A stretch of DNA of 64,000 bases from NCBI GenBank assembly GCA_044231675.1, contig CM094664.1:14232162-14296161 (forward strand), given 5' to 3'. Below, one piece after another: positions 1-14,300 of this stretch. The notes beneath the pieces were generated by a model. That model ran no database searches. It was given only the letters and a program-made list of their open reading frames with translations, and was not told the origin of the DNA. Every line of letters starts with the position of its first letter. Position 1 is the first letter of the stretch. The position numbers and the translations under genes were made by a program. Source of the stretch: Synchiropus picturatus. Taxonomy: Eukaryota.

Positions 1-1616
1 AGAGCTGGCCTCCAAGCCATTGTTGAAGTCTGTCACTGCGGAGCGAGAGAGCAGAAGATGACGAGTCTGACCAACATCTGTGAAGCAGATGAATCATCTG
101 CTGCCAGAAGTGACTTGAGACACGAGCTAAACAAACCTGACAGAAAGGCTTCAAAGACATTTATCTGAACCCGACCGTCCGACATGAGCTCTTCCTGGAC
201 CGCTGGCGCCTGACAGGAGGAAAGTGTTCTCTGCACTGACCCACAGACGCCAGCAAGGGTTTCATTGCGAGCCCCATCTTTGTTGCATCGCAGCAATATT
301 CTCCACCGTCTTTAATCCTGTCACTCAGAACCACCTGAAGCCAACACACAGCGTTCCTGGTCGCCTTCTTCCTCCTTTGATCTAAATTCCGTGATTCCAC
401 CTGCCGCGCACCTTTGTTCCCTCAGTTTGTTTTTGCGACTCGACTGGTCATCAAGACCACGAGAGGTTCTAGGCCAACCCCTCCTGAGGAGCGAGGGAGC
501 GAGCAGGTGACTCTTCTCACCGCCAGTCATACGCGATGACATCATCAGCTAACTGTCCCTGACACGAATGGAAGAAACAAACCAGCTGCCTTTGAGCTTC
601 TAGAGTTCAGGGACTCACAAAAACACAACTCAACAACCCGACAGTGACTCCACTACACGACTTAACCCAACCCACTGTAATCCTGGTTTAACTGAACCAG
701 AACCCTCATGATCCTCAGGTAAACCAGAACCAACTCGACCCAGTCTGGTTCAGCAACAACCAGGAGGAGCATGGATGAGAGAACACGAGCAGCAGCAGTG
801 ATATCAGTGTGTATCTGTGTGTGTGTCTTGTCGTCATGGCGACCTCCTTCTCTCCTTGATTGTGGATCACACCTGCCCTCCATTAACTAATCAGCAGCAG
901 TACATCATCCTCAGTCTTCGGCCGCGCGCAGACGGGATTGTCTCAGCAGCCGCGGCCAGATTTGTTCAGCCCAGCACCACATGAGGAAGGGACTCGACTA
1001 ACAAAGGCAAAATGAGATACAGACTCCAGAATGAGTTTGCCTTAAAATCAACTAATAAAAAGAGAATTCAAATGTTTTCCTGCTCAGGAAGCTGAAAAAA
1101 TAGTCAAAGAATCCCCAGACAAAAAAAAAAACAAAACTCTAAAATAATTATTGTCAGCCAAATATATATATATATATACTTCAAAGGTAATTAAAGCTTC
1201 TCGATATTCCGTGGCAGAAAAATAACAATCAAAATTACAAAATATTGTGTGAAAAAATAGCAATTTCCAATAGATATTTCACAAGGCCTTTTATGTTTTT
1301 AAATGTCAGCTGTAGTATAGCTTTAATTTCTCCAGGAAAAATATACTACAAAAAAAGAAATATGCATGTGGCATAATAGATAAATACATACAATAAATAT
1401 GTCTTTGTATTTAAGTCAAGTTGTTAACTACCGGTAAATTGACGTAAAATTGGAATACATGAAAGAACTTTCTTCAGAGAAAATAGAAAAACGATAAGCG
1501 ACGTTTTTAATGACGTCATAAGCAGGTGTAGTAGCAGCAGTGACAGATAGATGTCAGCAGTGTGCGGAAGCATCGACGCTACCTCATCGCTCGTGACACA
1601 CAACTTTCTCTTACGC

Positions 1617-1618
<2 letters not shown>

Positions 1619-1647
<29 letters not shown>
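1619..1647. repeat. (GT)n microsatellite
   Basis: Visible gtgtgt run. Similar (GT/CA)n runs occur at 2626-2650, 4270-4292, 15703-15718, 15849-15864, 21688-21718 and 23264-23286. Confidence 0.9.
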
Positions 1648-1649
<2 letters not shown>

Positions 1650-2612
1650 TGTTCGGCTGAAGAGCGACCCACGCCGCATCACGACAGGTCGACTGTTCCC
1701 CCTCCATCTGGGGGTTTGAAAAGAGGCGGGGTGGCTGAAGTCTAGACGGCAGGATCTTGTCTTCCCGAGTAAACTCGCATTTATTAATCATCATTCGAGC
1801 TCACGCACGCTTCATTATTTAGAGAGAGAATGAGCAGCGATCCTTTCAGAAGTGACTCATTTGACTGGATCAGAGGTCGTTTTCCTCCGGACTACAGGCA
1901 GAGCGCCTGACCCCACGCCAGATCACGTGACCGGCCAGCCAAACGCATCGCAGGTATCTGGCTCAAAGGTCAACCCGCGCACCGGACACTTGAGGAAAAC
2001 CAGGAATAGACCGGAGGGGAGTTGGTTTCCCAGCAGACACGCGCAGGTGGACCACATTCTCTTCAAAGCTCTGAATCTGGTGACGTCGTTTTCACTGCGT
2101 CTCGAGCAGTGATCATCAGTGAATTAAGAGATAAAGACAAAAATGTTCAGAAATATATTTTAACTCGAGGAGAAGAGCTAAAATGTGACTGGAAAAAAAT
2201 TATATAAAATGTCTTTAATGGCTTTAAAAAATGTGGAACAAATATTTAAAAAAATCTTCAAAAATATTCAGATAAATGGAAATCATATTACATTCATATG
2301 TTTTTAAAAAATAAGATAATTCAGCTGTTAATCAAAGTGTAAAAGCTTTGTTTAGAATTAAAGAGTAAATATTTGATAGAATAATAAAATACAATACAGT
2401 TGAACATAATGTGAAATCAAAAAATAAAAGTCAAAGTGTTTTTGATCTTCAGTTTCCTGACCAGCAGACATGTGAGAGGACTTGATGATGAGTGTGTGTG
2501 TGTGCATGTGCGCGCGCACGTGTGTGTACATCCAGTGCAGCTGTGCAGCATGGGACCACTGCCAAAACTCTAACAGACAATTACCCCACTGTGTCGTGCG
2601 CGTGCTCATGCA

Positions 2613-2651
<39 letters not shown>

Positions 2652-3675
2652 AGCAGCGCATCACTAAAGCTGTCTGTCTGCTACACCATGTGAACAGACA
2701 TTAACATGGTGAGCAGCTGCAGCGAGAGTTCACCATCTTAAAGGGCCAGACACACATTTCCAGCTGGGTGTAGCTCCCTTGCGGCAGGTGCAGCCTGGAT
2801 AACCCTCACAACTTTAGTTAAACGGTGTGTCTAACGCTCATGTCATGAAACAGTCACAGCGCTCAGACTGCTTCATTTTATTCAAAACATCACACTAACC
2901 TGCAGCACGCCACCTGGGGCCACTGAATACATGTAAGGTACGTAGTGAAGATTCAGGTGACACTAAACCAACTATCTTTAGCCTATACAACAGTCAGAGT
3001 GAGAGATGTGATAAACTGACAGAAAGGAAGGCACAAAGAAAGGTAATAATTTGGTGAGTGAATGTTTTCACCCGCCCTCGAATTGATGAAATTTAAGAAA
3101 CGCCTGGACATCATGTGTTTCCTGAGGGAGGGGCCTTTTGCCGGGAAACAATAGGTGATGTCACTGATGGGCAATAATGGGCTGCTGACCGGTGCTGGAT
3201 ACGGCCACACGTGAGCCCAGTCAGGAGCTGCTGAGTCACGGACCTGACGCGAGCCGCGCGCAGCCGCTGGGGTGTGGTCGCTCTGCTCTCCTCCACAAGA
3301 GAAGGTGATGAATGCACTTCTCCTATTAGCAGAGTTGAGCAATCACAAGTCGCCAGCTGCTTCCTGTTCAGCCCAGGTGCTTCATCACAAGGCTCTGGTT
3401 CTCTCTGGCTCCGCCGCCGTCAGTGAAACAGGAACTGTGCTGTGTGTCGACCAGAGCTCAGTTTTTCACGCTCGCTTGATCAGGAGTCAATAAAAAGGTG
3501 GGAATCTGTCATTAGCTTAGCGAAAAGGCTACAGCCTAATTCCAGACATCATCTTAGGTCAGATTGTATTTACTTTTAATTCGATCATGAAGTTATGAGC
3601 TCTATTTTTAGGACTGAGACCATGCTAGTGATGCTAACTGTTAGCCATTAGCTTGTCGGCCATCCTCGATTTGTT

Positions 3676-4090
3676 TCACCTCAATAATAGCGGCTTACAC
3701 TCCAAATTTACCAAAACTTTACTTCATATGTCAAAGCAGTGTGACATAAATATCAAAATGATACACAGCCAGCTTCTGTTTCTACTTTTATTACAGCTAT
3801 ATCAAGTAAAAATCGTTTTTTGGAGCTTCAAAACAAACTATACCTTGCGTCCCACTCTCATAGCAGCGACTGTTTTACCTCAATAATAGCGGCTCACGCT
3901 CCAAATATACCAAAACTTTACACCATATGTCAAAGCAGAGAGACATAAATATCAAAAGGATGCGCACCCAGCTTCTCTTTCTACTTTTATTACAGCTATA
4001 TCAAGTAAAAATATCCTTTTTAGCATCAAAACAAAACTATACCTCGGGTCCCACTCTCATAGCAGCAACTGGAATTCCTCACATGGTTCC
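3676..4090. repeat. Two tandem copies of a ~215-bp unit (diverged ~85-90%)
   Basis: 'cctcaataatagcggcttacactccaaatttaccaaaactttac..tcaaagcag.gacataaatatcaaaa..cagcttct.tttctacttttattacagctatatcaagtaaaaat..' is repeated. The paired ORFs 3653..3886 and 3927..4130 give near-identical peptides. Confidence 0.85.
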
Positions 4091-4895
4091 AGAAGCTTCT
4101 CTGCGCTACACCCTACACTGTGACCTTTGACCCAAAAGGGGCAGGCGACTGGAAGTATCATGATTCTGCCTCCTCCATCTAGAAACCATAAAAGTCATGT
4201 GACATGTTTACCTGTGTCCCACACACACTCACGCTCGCAGCTGCTCATATGTGACTGTGATAGCATCTGGGTCACACACACACACACACACCCCTCACCC
4301 ACACATACAGTACAATCACAGCGGTGACCTACATTTACGAGCATCATCACTGAACCTCGGGTGGACAAGTGGAAGGGCTTTTCAGTGTACAGGAAGTGAC
4401 ATCGGTAGAGGTTAAAGTGGTCACTTCCTGTTTGTCACAGCACCTTCCCTCCTCCTTCCGCTGTCAAGCCTGTCCCATCAAACTACTCTCCAGACATATG
4501 CATGTGCTGGTTAGTGGGTGGTCATAATGTTCAGGCTGGCTGATGCTTGTGAACATGACCTTTGTTAAAGTCACACGACAAAGCAGAATACTCTAAGGTC
4601 AGATAAGGGCTCTGTCTTCGTCTGACGCTGCGGCATGTTCCAGAACTTATTTGTGGTTTTGACCATGATGATGATGAAGAAGATGATGATGACATTAAAT
4701 ATTGACGGACTTAGCTTTCAACTACACCACATGATAAATCATCCGTGATGAATTAGAGCATGAGGCGCTGTAATCCAGGAGCAGAGCAGCTAATTTACTC
4801 AGATTACTGGAGCGGAGGTGGACATGGCGCGGCCCGAGGGCCACATCAGGCCTTTCAACAGCATGTCAGCGAAATGTCAGATAATAAATCTGTTG

Positions 4896-4897
<2 letters not shown>

Positions 4898-4947
<50 letters not shown>
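4898..4947. repeat. (AT)n microsatellite (~25 units)
   Basis: visible atatatat run. Confidence 0.95.
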
Positions 4948-4949
<2 letters not shown>

Positions 4950-7900
4950 TCTTGAATGTTTTTATAATATATTTTAACATGCTTTTTAAATTTATGAAAT
5001 GTTCAATTTGTGTTGTTTTTTTATGTCAATATTCAAATATCTATTTTTCTTCTTTTTTCTTATTCTTTCTTTTTTTAATCTCATTATTTTAAATGTAAAC
5101 CAAGTCTTTAAGACTATTTTAATTATTGGTTAAATTTATTCACTTTTGAATAAATTAGATAGTGGTCAGAATGAATCTACATTTATATTTATAATCACAA
5201 ATTTGATCGGATAGTTCAGTGGTACCAGGCTCCCGAGGCTTTGATGGAGAACAGGTAGAAGAGCTGCGTGTGTGAGCAAAGAGAGCTGACCTGGATTTCA
5301 GGTCTCAGAAGAGGAACCCACAGGGATGAGAGACTGTGATGGTTACATAATCTGCGTTCCCACGAGGCGAGCGGAACTAAATCCACGGTCGCACTGGCGG
5401 TAGCGGCCCGCGCACGCCGCACGCCACAGCCGAGTGAGAAAGTGGTCAACATGCTGATGAGCCGTCGACTTGCGCTTCTGAAGACGCGGGTGGAACAAAG
5501 AGGAGAAAAAAAAATCAATGTGATGGCTTGGGTTTCCATGCCAGGGGCCGCACAAGAGCCTGATCGACCGGGGAGCAGGGCGCGGGGGCGGGGGGTGATT
5601 GAATTTAGCAGCCCGGCCATTACTGCGAGCCAGAGACGTCCGAGTGAGCGTCTGTTGCCAAGCAAAGATGCTGTCTAAGCAATTCTCTTCTTCATCTCAG
5701 AGGTCTCCACCAGGAGTCCTCCAGCGAGGGTCCGCTCGTGACTCTGAGTAGAAATAGACTGCACGAGTGTGACCTGCAGTAAACCAGTTCAGTGTTACTG
5801 AGGAACTCCAGGCATGTGGGCCAGAATTAGCCGCCGTGGAGGAGGAGGCCTGGATCTGCCATCAGTCAAACCTGCAGCACATCCGGAGCAGGAAGCTTCG
5901 AACGATCGGATCCAGTCAAACGTGCGTCTGGAAGGATCATGTGACAGACAGAGCTGCGCCGGGAAGACACGCCGGGTGCAGATCTGGGTCACCGCCACAT
6001 CGGCAGCTCGACCCAGAACTGTCACGCGACTCCAACTTTACCTGTTCGCCTCCAAATTGGAACTCCAGGTTTACAGCGCGACGGTATTTTGATGTCAACA
6101 TCTAAACGGCCATCAATAATAAAGCGTGATGAATCATTCAAACTGGATGAGAGCGCTCAAAGCCAGGCCCAACACTACGGCTCAGACTCGCCTCCTCAGT
6201 CAGTCTGGAACTCCTCCGAGTGGAAAGTGTGAGTGGAAAATGGCTGTGATTATTCTGGGCCGCTTCCAGGAGCCATTGTGTCCATCTGTATGAAAATGAA
6301 GTGGAGCTGCGGCGCCGTGTTTAACCTGAGAAAATGTCAGACGACACTCGCGTGTTTTCATGGGATCAGAGCGGAAACAGCTGCATGCGAATCAGCTGCT
6401 TTTAAAGACGACACTGCAAATAGTTTCACTCAGTAGCTCAGGAGCTGATCTGAGCATGCTCAGTTCTCACAAGCGTAACTGCAGCTCCAACATCACCTGC
6501 CAGGTCGCCTCTATTTAAAAGGTCAACACACGATGAACTGCAGTAGAATCTTTGGTTCAATATTTTTTTTTAATACAAGAAACTCTCAATAATCATGCTT
6601 GTTGTTACTGAGACCCTTCAGTCTGTGTGTCAACAGACCGAGACACAAACCCCCCCCCAAAAAAAGATCAAATTAAAACATGAAAAACTACAGTGAAATA
6701 ACTGCTACTATGCTAAGTCAGTAAACACAGATATATATAAATATATCACCTGTGTTGGCACAGTGGTGACAAGGAAAGTGAACTCCACATCTGACCAATT
6801 GCAACCGAGTAGGCGGGGCAACTGCTATTTTCTGCAGACTTCCTGTTTCTCTCTCACGCAACAGCACCCTCAGAAGCTCCATAAGAAGATTTGGACCCAT
6901 CACTTAAGAGCGAGAAGACAAACAGGTGTATATAGTATTACCAAAAAAATACTATGTACAGTCTGACTGGCAGGGCCACTAAGTACTCTATGCAATGATC
7001 CGGACAAGCTCAGCACAAAGGTCATCGTAGCATCTTTACTCAAGTATAGTTTGTATGGTAATGTGTACAAGGTAGCGTTGTTCATGTCCAGCACAGTAAA
7101 CAGGTTCCTGCGCTGCAGATAAGAGGACGTGCGGCGCAGTTGACCAGATGGGCCGTCCTCCTCTGCGGTCCACCAGAGCAGCAGTCTGGCTCGCAGCATG
7201 GTCAGCTGAGGTTTGTGAGTCCATGATGTAGCTCGACGCTGTGTAACCTTTCACACACGGCGGCCCAGCCCCCCCCGCTTCCCTCCCTGCCAGAGTGGGG
7301 GAGGGGGCGGCGGCAGCCAGGTTAACATCCTCGCCGTTAAACCTGCTTCCACCTACGTGTGATGGGATGTGGCACCTGGGCGACGAGCCGCTGATAAACA
7401 ACCACCGGACGTCCGTGTGACTTTCAGAGGGGCGTCCGTCATGGAAGCAGGTGTCACGTGACCTCCGCCGGCTCTGCCTCGCATGCTAATGGCGTCCTCC
7501 GTGGCACGCCGCTGTTTGTGTCCTCCTCAGTCCAGGCTCTCATCAGGAGAAGCAGGAATTAGCCTGCTCGTCTCACGGCTCGCTGACAGCCGACCCCAAT
7601 TACGACAAATATTTTGAGCTCATCCGGCTCCAAACCAAAACACAAATCTGAGCAGGTTCATGGAGTCTGTCAGATCTGGGACTCGGAGGGTAGAAATGGC
7701 TGCTGACCGGAGTCACAAGGTGGAGCAGATCACTTCTCTCGACTCCACAAGTCAGAGCTTCCAACCGTACGATTCTGTAGCCATAAAAAGAATGAGCCGG
7801 AGTCGCCGGCATTGATTGGGCTGCCTCTACATTACCTAATTGCCTGCAGGATATAATTTGTTTATCACGGGTGGAGGATCGCGCTAATGGATATTAAACT

Positions 7901-8924
7901 CTCTGTGATGTTCTCAACATGAAATTTCCCTTTTGTGGAGGCGGAAACTGAAAGCTCTCCTCTTAAAACACACTCGGCCACAACCTGGCTTTGACAGTCA
8001 CATGATCCCAGCGGCGGGGACCGTCCCTGGAGGCTTCGCTGGAAGGATGTGGGATCAGATTTGTACGGCAGATGACCAACTTCCTGTTTGTGCACGAGGC
8101 TCAGGTTAGCTTCACACTTAAGGATTCTCGCTGGAGGCTCTATAAAAGGCGACAGAAGGTCAAATTAAAGCGCAGAAATGCTGCCTCCGGATTGGGCCAC
8201 GCCCACCTGGACCCTCGTGTGGGCAGCCATCACTCACAGAAACTGTTCGCTCACCTTCACGGTCAGTATTTTGGTGAGAGCAAGGTGAGACCACCTCTAT
8301 TAAGGCTTCGAGTTGAAGTCACGTGAAAGTCACTCCAAAGTAGCTAACAAAGCGGCTAACTCCACCTCCAAACTGATGAAGAAACCAATGGCAGCGATTT
8401 GGAGGAAGATGTCGGACCATTCAGAAACCATGCCAAGCATTTGATGTTGTACTTATGTGATAGTTGAACTAGTCGGGAGCTCTCCTTCCACACACCTTCT
8501 CCCTCCCCTGACAGAACACGTGCGGGGGCGAACAAAGATGTTTAAAAACTGTGATGTAAAACATGACTTCTGAGGGTTTAACATCTGTTCCGTCCTGGAA
8601 AACACCTGCGCGACGCTAACAAACAATGTGAAGACCGGAGGGTCTCCCAACATGGCAGGAAAAGTTCCAAACACCTTCAGACTTCCTGCAACAGCTCATT
8701 CTCTTCTCCTGTTTTCAGTATAACATAAGACGAAATATTATCTCCAACAATCTCCCAACACTTTCAAAAATAAAAGCAATTCAACAGAGAAGTGAATGCT
8801 AACTGCTAAAAACATCAATGCTAACATGCATAAAAATATAATGACTGATCTGAAATCATTAAAACCACAAAAACTAATATGAAAGAAGAAGCATACTTTG
8901 CTTTTAAAGTCGTAAAGAAATATC

Positions 8925-9010
8925 CAGCTCCGCCCCCTGATGACATCACCTGACGCTGGGAGAATTCTCACCACCACAAGTTGTCAATCCAAGATGGCGT
9001 CCTTGAACGT
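8925..9010 (+). repeat. Copy A of a dispersed element with core ..GACATCACC..GAGAATTCTCACCACCACAAGTTGTCAATCCAAGATGGCGTCC..
   Basis: It is ~75% identical to the reverse complement of 11270-11355 (..GACGTCACC..GAGAATCCTCTCGCACAAGTACACAATCCAAGATGGCTTCC..). Confidence 0.6.
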
Positions 9011-11269
9011 AAACAGGGCGCAGAAGTTTAGAATAAATGTAATACAACAACGGAAAACAAACGCATTCCACAAATTCGCACTTGATCCTCAAGGTTTTCG
9101 TGGCTAGTAGTTGCAAAGATATTATTTTGGACGTCTTCAAAACAAGGCAACACTGGCTCTGAGGAGCACTTTCTGCGGAACTCTGTCGATCTAATCTTTC
9201 ATCACAGCCTCTTGCGTAACTTTCATCTCGAGCTACGAACATTTAATCCTGACTTCCACCTGCTGCACGCCGTCTTCATCTTCGTCTCCAACATTCACAT
9301 GCAGCAGATTAACAAGTTGGCATCTGTAGCTCGTGGAAAAGCAAAGCAGGTGTTGTGTTCACGCCAGAGCTGGTCGGCCCGGCAGAGACGGGACGGATGA
9401 ATGAAGCTCCACATGATTGTTGTGTGAAGGGGAAAAAAAAGCTTTGTTTCTCAGCTCAGGTGTGTTGAGGGGGAGCCGCAGTGTTTGAGGATTACAGACA
9501 AAAGGTTTAATCCTGGAGTGGCCCACTTAAGCTGTGTGGTGAAGTGGTGGGAAACTCAGAGCGAAACATCGCAAACCTGCAGAATGACTCGGAGATGGAT
9601 GAACCAAACTCAAGTTAGCTGACAGCCAGAGTGTTGGGTCAGAACCGCTGGAGGCCACAGACCTGTGCAGAACCTTATCTTGGGCCATTTCAAGTCCTGG
9701 ATGAAGTCTTCAATGCTAACATGCATTAGGATAGTAGCACCTCGGCTACATGAGTTTAAGGAACCTGGTTCTCTTCATCACACAACTGAGTTAGAGTCAA
9801 GACAGAGGTGGGTAAGCTGCGGCCTGGGGGCCCCATGTGGTCCTGTGCCTGTATTGATGCGGCTGAAACCAAAGTAAAACTTGAATTATAAATAAAACAC
9901 ATTTTGTATTTGTTTATATACATCTTCCTTTATTCTTGCTGGATTTATAGTTTTAAAGAATGAAGCTCATTTTCTCTCTCAAAATAAATAAATATAAATA
10001 TTGAACAAAAAACCTTATATAGTTACTTTTAAAAATCACATTTACATGTTTTGTTGCCAAGATATTCATCACCCAGAAATATTATTCATTAATTATGATT
10101 TACCTATAGAATCTTTAAATTTAATAAAATAATACAGAGGAATTTTAAAAAGTCTAAACATTTACAAGGACTAAAACTGATTACATGTATGAAGCTAATC
10201 AACATTACATTAAAAAAAAAGGGTAATAATTCCATTTGGCATCTGGCTCTGTCCCCCAGCCGTTGCATGCCCGGGGCCCGCAGATGTCTGGGCCGAGCTC
10301 TGCCATCATGACCTAATTCCACTTTAAACCAGTGCAAGACTTTCAGTTCCTGCAGCAGATAGAGCGTCAATTCAGTGGAATAAAGTCTTTATTTGCTGTG
10401 TTATTCAAGCTAACTAAATAGTGAGCGCTGTGTCAGCCGACTCAGGATGACTCAGCAATAAGAACTTAAAGGCATCCATCTTTCGACTGCGATATTAAAA
10501 GGCCGAGGTCCCCCCCTCATGTTGGCGAGCCTGTGAATATTCATCCGACGTCCCGCCGAGACTCGAGCTAATGTCCACCTGAGAGCTAAGTGAAGATTCT
10601 GGAATATTTGTGTGTCAGTGTGTGACACTGTGAGCCACCGCAGGCGAGTGTGTGTCACAAGAAAGGAAGCTATTCACTAAATCTTCTGTGTGAGTGCGTG
10701 TGTGTGTGAAGTCTTTCACTCACACACACCCGGTGGGAAACTCCTCTGGCGCTCTTTAGCTGGCGGTGGAATTAGCATATCTCACCCTCCTCCACTCGTC
10801 CTCCCGCCTCCGGAGAACAGAGGCTCGCAGCTCAGAGAATATCGGCCAGGAATCGTCCCAAACCCGCCGCCTGCAGCCTCGACACAGAGCCGCCGGCCAC
10901 TCTGGCGGCCGCTCGCACTTTAAATTGGGACACGTCGGGCTGTCGGCAGGATCACATGTGGAAGAGGCTCGATCGAAGAGCTGAAACATTATGACCACTA
11001 CCATGTCAGCCTACGTTTTACCCCACAACAGCAGCTCTAGAGCCTGTTTTGACGAATATATCACTCGTATTGATATTGATTTTAAATGATTTGGAACAGC
11101 TATCACCATTAGGTCCGACTTTACAATGAAAAAATATGCAACTACCAACTGTACTCCTCTTACTATCCTCCTCTTTTATTTAAATTTCAACTATCATAAA
11201 TAGTACTATAACTAGCTTGACTTCTTTAAATCCTTCCCAGTACTACTACTTCATCCATAATATTAAATT

Positions 11270-11355
11270 TCTACTTCCTGTTCCGGGAAGCCATCTTGGA
11301 TTGTGTACTTGTGCGAGAGGATTCTCCGAGTGCGCGACTTGGTGACGTAGCTAAG
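11270..11355 (-). repeat. Copy B (inverted) of the CCAAGATGGC-core element
   Basis: It is inverted relative to copy A, 2.3 kb away. Confidence 0.6.
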
Positions 11356-14300
11356 AATTTCACAGTTTCGAACACGACTGGAACTGGAACATGACTCCAT
11401 GGCTATCTCACTGTTTTAACTTCCTCTACAGAGACTACACACAATAAAACACACTTCTGATTCTAGAAATATTATGAATACTTCTTAAAAACATGCTTGT
11501 TCAGAAACACAAGAACAGGAAGTGATGTCAGCTCGACCAAGGTGCTAGTGCTTTGTTCCCATGGTTACTGTTCAGTCCTCCCACCCCTCCTCCTCTTTGA
11601 ATGCCTCTCCAACAGCAATATATTAGTCTCTACTACTCTGACTCCAGGTATTTGAATAACCTCATACTAGTCCACAATAACATGAATAAATGAACGCAAA
11701 TCCATTTGACTTCACTGAAGGAGAGAGGCTTTAAAAGCGGGAGCGGGGCCACGGCCGGCCTCTCAGGAGACGTGAATTATGAGGCGGACAGGTGGGCGAG
11801 GAGGAGCTGAGCCCTCTAAACACCCCCCAGAGACGCCCGAGGTTGAGGCGCAGCAGCAGGACAGGTGGGAGTGGAATACGCGATGAGATCCTCGCCACCG
11901 TTTTAGCTCACCGAGCGATGGGCGCGAGCAGCGATCCTTTGGTTTGGAACATTCTGCTGCCAGTCACTACCACTGCCTCTTTTTACTGGAACTATATATT
12001 GAGAAAACTTGAACAGGAAGTCATGAACTTTCTGAACTTTGTTCTGAATAATCTCTCTTTTGTGCGGGTGTCCACTAGAGGGCCCCATGGTGCAGAGAAC
12101 AGCAATACATGAATGACCTCCACGTAGCATATCTAGATGTTGACGTCAGTTTTTGGCCCAAACAAGACAGGAAGTGAGTCCCAGACCACAGACCAAGCGG
12201 ATCTGACTCTCTCAGACTGCCGCCCAGGTTTAACCTCCTTCCTCACACACGCTGCAACACAGTCACTGCTGCGCTGTTTTGGCTAGCTATATTCTAGCGC
12301 GACGCGGCCGGCCCACTCGGCCCGTGATTGGACGGATATTCTGTCCCGCAGCCGTCTGCCTCTCTGGCACAAGACAAAGTAGTTCATCTCCACCGAGGCT
12401 TTTTTTCTGGTTTGGAGTCCCACTAGCTCATTAAAGTTACATCACACAGAATTACATAAGTCAGCAGCAGTCGGCGCTGTGCATGTGAGTGTGTGTGTGT
12501 GTGCGCTCTGCTCACTGTGTTTGTTGACAGGTTGGCTAATACTGTAGCTGCTGTGAGCAGCAGACGAATATAGCTGCTCCCTGGCTTCCTGCGAGACGTG
12601 ACTGAGATATTAAAGTTATATTTAAGAGCAGCAGTGTGGTGATTTATGACGCAGATATTTACGACGTCATTGCATGTGTTGGCTCAACGTGCCTGACTGT
12701 GTGGACACTTGCAGATGAAACTCATATATTTGTGTGTACGTGCACAACAGTTTTGTGTACATGTGCTTTGCTGCTTGTGTAGAAATGTGGTTGCCTGTCT
12801 GGATATGTATGTTGTGTATCTTTTGGTGAGTGTCCAGATTCATCGGCGTCTCATCAGGTGTGTATTTTTTGTGAGCTTTGCGCGCTAAACTAGTCAAGTC
12901 AGAATGAAATAAAGAGAATGTGAGGCGCACTGATTGACTATAACGTTTTCCTCAAAGCTTTTGGATATTTTACATTCATATTTTAACATCTAAATAGCCA
13001 CAAACCTGCAGCATCTACCCTGCGAAGAAGCCAAAAACTTAGGACACTAGTCTGGGTGTTTCACTTAATATCTACTGACTTTATTGAATTGTAAAATCAA
13101 AAACTACTGAGTTAGCAAATATTCGTTTTCAATAAAACAAGATCAAAACATTGAAGGTGTTTCCTTTCAGTTACAAAAAAACAACATCAAAACCATTGCA
13201 ATGCAAGAGAAAACAGGCGGCAGCTCAAGCTTCAGCCTCGATAACTCTGTTAAATCTGTTCCAATAGCTATTTTAAAACACATAATTAATCTTTTATTCC
13301 TTCAGAATAAAATCAAACTTTTATTATATAACATCACTTGAAGGCTCATATTAGGAACTTGGACTCACAGTAGAAAAAAGGAAAGGCAACACAAACCACA
13401 CACACAACAAAATATTTGCTAGAAAACAAATTCCACAACACTGTCCAATCCAGATCTAACAATCCTGTCACATACTACGCAAAACTTCAGTTATGCTAGT
13501 TGCCAGCGCTCGAGCAAGACTGCGTCGAGGCTTTTTCAAAACGTACATGATCACAATTCTGGGATGACATTAGTAAATATATTATCACCTGGCAACCCTT
13601 TGTTCATGAGGCAGACATGACAAATGGAGCACAGCTACAATGATGTTTGCTTATGTTGTGTAGCAGAGGGGCTGCGTGGACGAAGAGTATTGATGTGTTG
13701 GATTACAGCGGTGAGATGGACCGTCAGGAGACAGAGATCGTCTGAACTCGCACGACGTTCGCTCCTTTCCTATGTTGGACCATGAGCTGGAGAGGACACA
13801 ATTGAATTGATGTCTGCTAATAGGGCCCTCTAGAGAGAGCGCGATGTGTGTGTGTGCGCGCGACGCCCGGGGGAATGTGATGTGGCTGTTAAAGTGGCCC
13901 TTGTGAGTGTGTGAGAGCAGCGCTGCAGAGGCTTCCCCGTCCCTGTGGAGGAGCGCTAATGGAGGCACCGGCCCACCAGCAGCTCCTGGAGGGTGATGTC
14001 ATGCAGGCCGCTGCTCAGGTGCACGAGGAAGCAGGTCAAATCGCTAAAATAAGTCCCTGTTTGGTCTGAAAGCAGAGACACAGATCTGCAGCATCGGAGC
14101 GAACGCTGGTTACAGCTCAGTGACAGAAGGCAGTTTGAGTGAGGAATGATGGTTTTGTATTTCCTGTGAGACTTCACACGCCGCTGGAGCTGCAGGTGAC
14201 TTTCACTTCTGTCGGGTGAGGCGGAAGTGATCGAGCAGTGTTCACGTTGGCTGGGCGTTTTGTAATTACTCAGCTGATGATAATATGCATATAAACAAGG

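Noticed and set aside
5205-5260. tRNA-like D-arm motif (GGATAGTTCAGTGGTACCAGG)
   Set aside because: No acceptor, anticodon or T-arm pairing can be built, and the D-stem halves are not complementary. It is more likely a SINE/tRNA-derived fragment or chance.
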